DNA of 58,062 nucleotides, filler included, from Perkinsus olseni (Eukaryota): NCBI GenBank assembly GCA_013115125.1. It is 2 parts of 2 records of this genome, joined end to end, with 100 filler letters (N's around TTAATTAATTAA, not from the genome) between each part and the next. Parts side by side here need not be neighbours in the genome. Positions count along the whole stretch, not along the records: positions 29,084 to 58,062 come from JABANN010000438.1; 1 more part is not named here. One strand, 5' to 3'. Shown piece by piece: positions 49,900 to 58,062 of this stretch (position 1 is its first letter; each line of letters starts with the position of its first letter). The notes under the pieces were generated by a model. It saw only the letters and a program-made list of their open reading frames with translations, ran no database searches and was not told where the DNA came from. The position numbers and the translations under genes were made by a program.

Positions 49900-50077
49900 T
49901 AATCCATAGACTAGGGCCAAACGCCTATTCATCCTCAAGTATGCATCACTATTGTATTCATCCATCCCGCTAAGTGCGGTCAATTTTTCTTCACATGTGT
50001 GATTCACAGTAACCAGGGCCCGTCTCTTCACCTTCCCTCCGTGTTTGAGTACTATCGGGAAAGTGCTGCTCTCAGAC

Positions 50078-50993
50078 ATGCGTCTTTGTTTTCTATGGTT
50101 TTCTGCCATTTTTCACCCCTCCGTCGGCTCGATACTACCCGCCCCACTAGACGTAGGTTCGCCTAAGTCTTCCCTCCAGCACTAGTTGTCTTTGTCAGAT
50201 ACCATGTTTGGCAACCTGTTCTCAGCTTTACGACTGCGAGGAAAGCTTGCTAGGCACACATAGTGAGCCTCTGCTGAGCACGGAAGGGGAAGAAGCTGCG
50301 TGTTTTGGACTGTAGGTGGGTGCCTAACTGTTGTCTTCAAAGACGAAAGCTGTTTTTGCCAGGTATACGTGTAACACAGCGTACGGCGGAGTGTGCTATC
50401 ATCCGGCGGCTTCCCTGGGCTCGCCCCTGCTGTGCAGGGATGCTCCTTTAGAAATTGATTTCACTAAAGCTCCGTCCGAAAGTAGGCTCGGCGTCTGTTT
50501 TGGGTCGTTGAGCGCTGGTTCGATTTCTTCCTTCATTCACATGTACTGCAGGAGAGCCCCTGGTCAAGGCCTTTCCAATCGGGGAGTACTGCGGTGGCTC
50601 GACTGAACTCCCACCGGACGCCGAAGTTGTATCAGCCTTCTGTTGGGCACGATTGCATTGGTTGTCTGTTTCAGATCATCAACGTTCGTCGGTCGGCTAT
50701 ATTCGACATCATCATTCCGCGGTATTTTTCAATAACAGGGATTCGGTAGGCACTCCCAGCTCACAGGTTCGATCCCACCGACCGTCATTTTCAGCTTGTA
50801 CGACATTGACGAAGGCTACCCCTATGGCAACATGGTGTACGACCTCTCTCACCATCGAATCCAGTCCATGTTTGGCGAGATCCTCCGAAAGAACCCAGGC
50901 TACGTCCGCTTCACCTACCACCCGAGGTTGGAGACGATAACAGCGCATCTTGGGCACCTACCCCTGCACGTTTCCCGGTACCTCTGTCTGTGA
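50078..50993 (+). CDS. secreted Cys-module protein 2 (divergent)
   Basis: MRLCFLWFSAIFHPSVG..PLD|IPCLATCSQLYDC..AACFGL|YTCNTAYGGVCYHP..PLLC..|..PIGEYCGG..|..|..VSRYLCL*. Confidence 0.8.
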
Positions 50994-51256
50994 GAGTGAC
51001 GTTCTGTTCGAGGCATCGACGGCCCGCTTCTCTGTTGTACTGTCGTGATCGGCTCAACGCATGCCTCTGTTGCAGTTTGCTCGTGACTGAGTTGTTCAGC
51101 CGGAGTACTTCAAACGGCTCCATGGAGGCAAAATTGAATACTCTACATATTAGTGGTGCAAGTTTTCAAAATGAGTTAGCCGGGTTGTACCTGCTCAATT
51201 TAGATTGATAGCCATACGAATCATGATCAGTATTTCCATTTCACCCCGTTGGGCTC

Positions 51257-52259
51257 ATGCTCTGTTCCCCTTCGCTGTTCGCCCTCCTGCTGGCCCCCCT
51301 CGCTGTTGGCGATGTGCTCGATGTAGGTTGACGGCTCAGTCCATTCGGGCGCAGTGCTGTTGTCAGTACGCTTGCGAGGCTGTTTGCGAAGAAGTGGCTG
51401 AATGTGCCACGAAGGGCACCTACTGCAAGAGCTGGCATGAGCCCAAGGCATGCTTCGGCCTGTAGGTCTTTCGCTATCTTGGGTACCATCATTCTCTCTG
51501 AACAGATATTGGTCCGGAGGAGGCAAGATGTGTTATCAGCCGACCGATCCGTACTGCCCTGCTGAGTACCCCGTCCTCTGCGAAGAAGTGGCCCCGTTTG
51601 CCCCTCGGGAGGGTGATGATGCGACTTCTGCCGCTTCGACAGCGCCGAGGTCGACTACAATATTCGAGAAAATGATGTGGGTAAAGACCACCACTACTAC
51701 CAGACTGCAAACTACTACCACTCCTCGCCCAACTGAGCCGCCGAGCACTACTAACGATTTCTATGGCGCCATGGATGGTGCAGCAGCAGCTGCAGCCATG
51801 GTCGCAGGGGAGACTGCGTCTTCGGAGGAGCCTCAAGGTCGCTACTGCGGCTTCCTTGGCGAGTTCATCCCTCTGGTAAGCTGACAACCTCATCGTACTC
51901 GGCGTGCTATCTCGGTATTCTCAGTCGATGTACTTCAACGACGAGACTTTCGACATGGCAGGAGTCTCAGAGAATGATATCGAGGGCATCCCGTACGCCT
52001 TCTCGCCTCCGCTCCCACCACCTGGTGAATCTTCTAGTTACTCGCTGAGCGCCAGTGGCTGCATCATCCCGGATTATCAGTACCCGCCTTTTGCTGAAGT
52101 CCTGAGTGCATCGGGCGGCGAGAGGAACCCCTTCTACGTTGTGTAGTCTCGGTCAATGTCCTCCTGCGCCGCGCTACGCCTCTTGTTAGGTATGACTCTT
52201 CCAAGGGGGAGATACGAGGCACAGTGCAAGGAGCCAAGATCATCGCTACCCCTTGCTGA
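51257..52259 (+). CDS. secreted 8-Cys-module protein 3 with Thr-rich mucin-like linker
   Basis: MLCSPSLFALLLAPLAVG..|YACEAVCEEVAECATKGTYCKSWHEPKACFGL|YWSGGGKMCYQPTDPYCPAEYPVLC..TTTTTRLQTTTTPRPT..PQGRYCGFLGEFIPL|..|YDSSKGEIRGTVQGAKIIATPC*. Confidence 0.87.
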
Positions 52260-52445
52260 TACCCTCATCAGCTATTCATTTCATTATATATCACGTTATC
52301 AAAGTATAAAGTTTGCTCGGCAATTCAATCGTTATTCATCATCATCCGCAATCAGCGGCCACACCAAGAAGTCATTTCGGGATCCCCTCGATGTTGAGTA
52401 GTCAATAGCCCCCGCCCTCGATGACCCCGTCGCATCTTTACCCTC

Positions 52446-53353
52446 ATGCTTCGCCCCTTCCGCTGGTTGTTGGTTGGGTTAACGTTTCCGGCAACAGCTT
52501 TAAAGCACCCGCTAGACGTACGCCTGCTGTTGTCCCGATTATCCTTTCAAGTTTTGCAGGTCAACTGCCGGGCCATATGCCAGAAGACACCTGCTTGTCG
52601 GGACGGTTTCACATCGTATTGTAAATGGTGGCAGCGGGAGGCCGTCTGCTTCGGACTGTAGCTTGAGTGTTGTAGTGCATTCTGAGAATCATCGCAGATA
52701 CTGGATGGAGCCTGGCGAGGCGTGTTTCCAGCCCCGGGAGTCCTCCTGTCTGGAAGGGCTGCCAGTTCGGTGCGCCGACTCTGTCGGAGGTCAAGGTGAG
52801 GGTCTTCTGCTCTCCTGGAAGTACCATCGGGTCTGTCCGCAGGTCCTGGTCCCGTCGCCGCCTCGGAGGAGGATCAGGTTTCATCGGCGACGCATCCAGT
52901 TGTTACCGATGTTGCTCTTGAAGGGAAGTACTGCGGCACCATCGCCATGATGTTACCTCTGGTGAGGTACCGCGGTGTAGGGAGTCGTTGAGAGGCGCTT
53001 TCAGACACTGCAACTTGCCGGGGATTCATTTGACGTCAGCAGCCCTCATCTACAGTCCGTCAGCGGTGTACCGTATGTCACTGTTGATGCTCTGGAATCT
53101 TGCAAAAGTTATCGTAGGTTTACATCGAGAGGCTCGAATGGTGGTCATATCGATATTACCATTGACCACCACTACCCACCGCTGGTAGAGGCGTACGGCC
53201 CTTTCGAGGGAAAGAGTAGCCTCAATTTCAAGTAAGATGGTGACGCTCTTCTGCGCTATTAGCGTAGTTATTCTCCCGCACAGGTTCAATCCAGTCACTC
53301 GGGAAATCTACGGAACGGCATATGGCCTCCCTTCCGCCTTCCGTCCGTGTTGA
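52446..53353 (+). CDS. secreted 8-Cys-module protein 4
   Basis: MLRPFRWLLVGLTFPATA..PLD|VNCRAICQKTPACRDGFTSYCKWWQREAVCFGL|YWMEPGEACFQPRESSCLEGLPVRC..|..LEGKYCGTIAMMLPL|..|FNPVTREIYGTAYGLPSAFRPC*. Confidence 0.85.
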
Positions 53354-53419
53354 TGTCACTTTCATTTTTGTACTTCTGCATTCACAAATTATAAAGTCTG
53401 TTCGCAGCCGCAGCAATTA

Positions 53420-54661
53420 GTCGGGTCGCCCAACATCTCCATACCAAGAACGATGGTGGGACTGTCAATGTTTCAATTAATCCGACTTTCTTGAGTTGCG
53501 GACAGTTGGGAATTCGGCCGGGTACACCTCATCCGTACATACAACCTGAGGACCTCGAGAGAGGCACCGGCCCTGGCAAGCTGATAATCGCCTTAATCTC
53601 GCCAGGCCATGGTCAACCCAAGTTAGTTGTGAGGCTGGACATGTGGGGCTCGCTCCAGCAGTACCACATTACACATCTCACCCTTGCACGGGGTTCTGAC
53701 AGTCTACCGTCGTGCAGTTAGGCATAGAGTCAGTCGCGAAGTTGTGTAGGACCGACTAGCATATCGCCAGTCATGGGTGGCAGGGACGCTGCCGCTCATG
53801 CAGATGCTGTGCGAGGACACTCGTGACTCGTCAGCATCGCCGCGATTGTACTCAGCGGATTTGTGAGGAGTAGGCTTCTAGCCTGAGAAGGAGTCTGCAC
53901 TTCAGGCAAGCTGCCCTTCTTATCACCCCTCCCTGAATTAAGTGGGGTTTCGGGGCCACCAGGGGGCTGACTGAGTGTTGCCCTTCCGCTGACGTTCATA
54001 GTCGATAATAACGGCTCGACACGAGATAAACGAAGTGAGCAAAATCTTTGAACCAGCGTACTGTTCATCGGATAAGCTGCGCACGTAAGCACGAGGAGCG
54101 ATTAAGGCGTAACTGACGCCCGCGAGTGCACCGAGAGCACACGACTTGATTCGCCCACTGAGGAGAGAGCCGCCTCCTCCTATGGTAGTCATGGCCGTCA
54201 ACTGCGCTACGAAATGATGCGTCACGGTCATTATAGACAATGATTACGCGGGCGTCACCGCTAGCAGGTTGGGTTAACTGGACTAATAAGGTCTCCAACG
54301 TGTCTCAACACTTCGGCTTAAGCTCCGTCCGACCAGAGGTTGAGCTGTCACCCTCTACTAAAGGGTCTCTAGCCCCCAGTACGGGTATGAGAAAGAACCC
54401 TTGATGGTATGGTCACACTGAGGAAGGTGACAGCTCGAAGGGGGACAGGGACGAGGTCCGCCGCCAAAACGGCCTCTTCCGATGCGGCATGCCGTAACAA
54501 CAGCTCTTAGGAAACCGTGTGGACGCCGTTGACTAGCCTTGAGGGTAGTCGCGGATAGAAATATCGGAAAACCTATCCGGGGAGAGAGAAGAGGACAGAT
54601 TAGCGCCGTACCCGCAAGTTTTCCGCGGAGACAAGTTTTCGCCGGGAAGTGCATGCGTACC
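53420..54661 (+). repeat. diverged segmental duplication, copy 1 (copy 2 at ~56203-57690)
   Basis: Collinear shared blocks: CCCAACATCT, CAGTTGGGAA, CAACCCAAGTTAGT, AAGTGGGGTTTCGGGGCCACCA, GAACCAGCGTACTGTTCATCGGATAAGCTG, CTCGAAGGGGGACAGGG, ATGCCGTAACAACAGC, CGGGAAGTG.ATGCGT. Confidence 0.9.
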
Positions 54662-54754
54662 AACCTTAGGCTGGAGTGAGACCTCCCTAGGCCAACCGCC
54701 GGAACCTTCGCTTCTGCATTACTGACAGTTCACGCACAGATGCCTTCCTGTACC

Positions 54755-55603
54755 ATGATGCTTCTCGTGACTATCGGCTTTCTCCCCTTCGTCGCAGCCC
54801 AGCTACCTGGGAACGCATGTGACGATCTTTGCAGCCTTATCCCCGGATGCACTTTCAAGGGCTCTTATTGCAAAGACTATAAATCGCCGCCTCACGTATG
54901 CCAAGATCTGTGAGGGCACATCTCAAGGATGGCCACTACGAATCCCGTCGCGCTTCAGGTATTTTATTAAGACGGCCGACAGCGCGAACGCGACTCCATG
55001 CTCGGTGGCCTTCCAGAAGAACTGCCACGAATACTACCCGGTACGTTGTGATGACGTCCTACCATGTAAGGGGTACTCCAAGGGGTGTTCGAATCCGTAC
55101 TCCTCTCAGTCGACAGAAAAGGCCCAAGATTCCCTATCAAAGCTTCGGCCAAGCTCGAGCCTCAGGGCAGCGGAAGTCAGGTCCGCGGTACATTTTACTT
55201 CGAGCAGGAGAGCCACGCAAAAACCAAGATAAGCTACGATGTATACAACTTGGAGCCGTTCGCCCAGCATGGTGTGCACGTTCACGAGTTCTCCGACTTC
55301 TCCAACGGTTGCACCTCCACCGGGGGACACTACAACCCTTTCTACAAGTTCCACGGTGACCGTTTGAATATGACAGTCAGGCACGTTGGTGACATGGGCA
55401 ACATCAAAGCCGATGCATCAGGCAGGGCGAGGGGCTCCTTCTACGACAGTCTTATCCTGCTCTTTGGTCCGACATCATCCCTCACTCGGTCGGTCGTGCT
55501 ACACGCCAATCAGGATGATCTAGGCCTGGGTGGTAACCCGGGTTCGAGGGCTACGGGTAACTCTGGTGCTCGTCTGGTCTGCGGGAAGATTGCGAGTGAC
55601 TAA
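54755..55603 (+). CDS. secreted 8-Cys-module + Cu/Zn superoxide dismutase C, 3 exons
   Basis: MMLLVTIGFLPFVAAQLPGNACDDLCSLIPGCTFKGSYCKDYKSPPHVCQDL|YFIKTADSANATPCSVAFQKNCHEYYPVRC..|; HGVHVH, GCTSTGGHYNP, FHGD, RHVGDMGNI, VVLHANQDDLG, GNSGARLVCG. Confidence 0.96.
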
Positions 55604-55825
55604 CAAGCTACCGTTATAAGAATTTTTAAAATCTGGCGGAAGTGGAGTGTTATGAATGCCGTCTCCAGGCCGAGCGGCTGCTCCAGCGGCGTCGTTGGTT
55701 TCATCTGTTAGCTTAAGCTTTTTCTCTGAGTAATACCCAGAGTTGTCGGTGTTTGTGGTGAATACTCCAGAAAGTACTCAGTGTGGGCTTCGGGTTCGTG
55801 ATGAGATCGTGGAAACAATATCCTT

Positions 55826-56166
55826 GGGGTCCCTCGCTACTGCGGCTTCCTCGGCGAATTCATCCCTCTGCTAAGTTGACAACCTCATCGTACTCGGCAT
55901 GCTATCTCGGTATTCTCAGTCGATGTACTTCAACGACGAGACTTTCGACATGGCAGGAGTCTCAGATAATGACATCGAGGGCATACCGTACGCCTTCTTG
56001 CATGTTTCCCACCAGGTGGTGAATCTATTAGTTACACGCTCAGCGCCAGTGGCTGCATCATCCCGAATTGTCAGTCACGATGCACTCAGAACTTCGGGAG
56101 AAGACGGATACTGACAGTCAGTATCCGCATCGGGCGGCAAAAGGAACCCCTTTCCCGTTGTGTAGT
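55826..56166 (+). pseudogene. 5'-truncated, frameshifted copy of the 3' part of the 51257-52259 gene
   Basis: Highly similar to 51838-52146 including the intron, whose donor GTAAG is mutated to CTAAG; frameshifts after GIPYAF. Confidence 0.88.
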
Positions 56167-56202
56167 TCCAAAACAAGGTTAATAATCGAAGCTTAGCGAT
56201 TC

Positions 56203-57690
56203 ATCGAGTGGCCCAACATCTATATACCTAAAGATGGTAAAACTGTCCATGTTGCTATTGCGGTCAGTTGGGAACTCGACCGGAGGCATCCCCGCCTGCC
56301 TTGTACATTCTTTTCGGAGAAGCGGCTTGTCACAAGCCCGAGGGAGGTACCGACCTTGGCAAGCGGGTAACCGTCATGATAACGCTAGCTCATAGCCAAC
56401 CCAAGTTAGTCGTGGCAGGTCAAGACGCGAAAAACGTTCAGGTGTTGAACATACCGGAGGCCGTCAGACAGGCGAAACACACAACTGCACAACAAGGAAT
56501 GTACATGCTAGAAACTAGGCCACAGGCTCGATACCAGTCTGCTGAAGATGAAGGAAATCGAAGTTAACCACAATTCGCAGAGTGCTCTTGGAGGCCTATG
56601 CCCAGCTCTGCGTACGTGCACTTCCGTCGCTTGTTTGATCCTTGCTTGATGAGGAATGATCGGATAGTGCTGTGTTGAACGCGTCAAGCACTCAGCGTAA
56701 GATGGTGAACACGACGCGTTATCTCGTTAGCGTTCGTGTTATCGCGTTTCACGCGTGCGTTATGGCCCGTGGCCGACAGCCATATCACCAGGCATAGGAC
56801 GCGTGGCATCCCTCGTCAACTCCACCAGTGTGATGAATTCACGAAGACACGCGTGACTTCTCAGCATCATGGCGATTTTACCTTGTGAATTGGTGACGCC
56901 TGAGAAGGAGCCTGCACTCCAAGCCTGCTGTCTTTCTTATCACCCCTTCCTGAATCAAGTGGGGTTTCGGGGCCACCAAGGGACTGACCAAGTGTTGCCC
57001 TTCCGCTAACATTCATAATATGAACTTCGTAGTCGGCACGACATAGAACGAAGTGGACAAAATCATCGAACCAGCGTACTGTTCATCGGATAAGCTGTGC
57101 AGTGCACAGTGTGCGCGTAAGCACGAGGAGCGACTGAGGCGAAACTGACGCCCGTGAGTGCACAGAGAGCACATGAGTTGATTCGCTCACTGAGGAGAGA
57201 GCCTTCGCCTCCTATGGTAGTCATGCCAGCCAACTGCGACAGCCTCACGGTGATTGTGGACAACTAATACCCGGGTGTCACCGGTGGTAGGTCGAGCCAA
57301 ATGGACAGAATAAAACCCCTATGCATCCTAACAATTCGGCTTGAGCCCCGTCAGACGCTCGGAGGGGAGTTCGAGCTATTTTCCTCTAGCTCCTAGGATA
57401 GATATTAGAAAGAGCACTTGAGGGTACGGACACACTGAGGATGCTGACGACTCGAAGGGGGACAGGGGGAGGTGCGCCGCCAAGCCGGTCCTTATCGATA
57501 GAAAATGCCGTAACAACAGCCCTTAGAGAACTGCATGGACGCTGGAGAACCTGCCTTGGGCGTGGTCGCTGGTAAGGATATCACGAAGCCTTTTCGGGGA
57601 GGGAGGAGTACTCCGATGGCGCCGCCTCCGCAAGCCTTCAACAGAGACAACTTCCGCACGGCCTTCCCATCGGGAAGTGTATGCGTGCCA
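56203..57690 (+). repeat. diverged segmental duplication, copy 2
   Basis: Collinear with 53420-54661; carries extra sequence at ~56420-56770 and is not followed by a SOD gene. Confidence 0.9.
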
Positions 57691-57819
57691 AGATTACGTC
57701 AGTGCACTATCGTAATCACGTAGTGACGGCTATAGGCTATGTAGCAGCTTCCACCGACTCGAGTATTCCTCAGCTGTTAGACTATCATTGCTGCAGTTGC
57801 CTTGACTGCTTCTGCTCAT

Positions 57820-57974
57820 CATTAGTCTCAGATAACCGTCTGACCTCATTCTGCGCCTTGCACTCGCGTGCGCGAGTATGCGTTGTTGCAACTCGTTGCT
57901 GAAACTTGGAAACTTGCAATACTTTCGATGCTAGCAGCACGCATAAACATAGGAAGAATAGAGAGAAGAAGTCT
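57820..57974 (+). repeat. abutting dispersed repeats (match 35975-36040, then 9444-9535)
   Basis: Direct sequence matches to two distant sites in this window. Confidence 0.88.
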
Positions 57975-58062
57975 TGTTCCATCTCCGAGGGGCACCAGCA
58001 GATTCTCAAGGCTAATGGTAAATAGTCAAGGCGGGAAATCTCGCTCGCCCTGCGCAGAGTTT

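Overview
Eukaryotic, gene-dense, intron-rich window (short ~40-60 nt GT-AG introns). The gene style and lineage-specific secreted families suggest an alveolate of the Perkinsus type (inference). Left half: a WD40 gene, a probable Nup93/Nic96 nucleoporin, a decayed LINE, an omega-class-like GST, a CACTA-like non-autonomous element, a MATE transporter, a signal-peptide Mn-type SOD, a 3-RRM SR-like protein and a frameshifted secreted protein. An assembly gap follows, then a tandem tRNA-Gly(CCC) array, a motor-less DNAH1-like dynein tail, a cyclic-nucleotide-domain K+ channel, a coiled-coil gene and a BCS1-like AAA ATPase. The most striking part is 37-57.7 kb: three secreted Cu/Zn-SOD genes each fused to an N-terminal 8-Cys module. 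One has CCS-like H120D and R143A changes. Four secreted genes carry the same 8-Cys module, with the same intron, on a different C-terminal domain. The SOD genes share an upstream GTGCATGCGT motif, and the region shows local duplication and loss. Exon boundaries were read by eye and outer coordinates of hypothetical genes are approximate.
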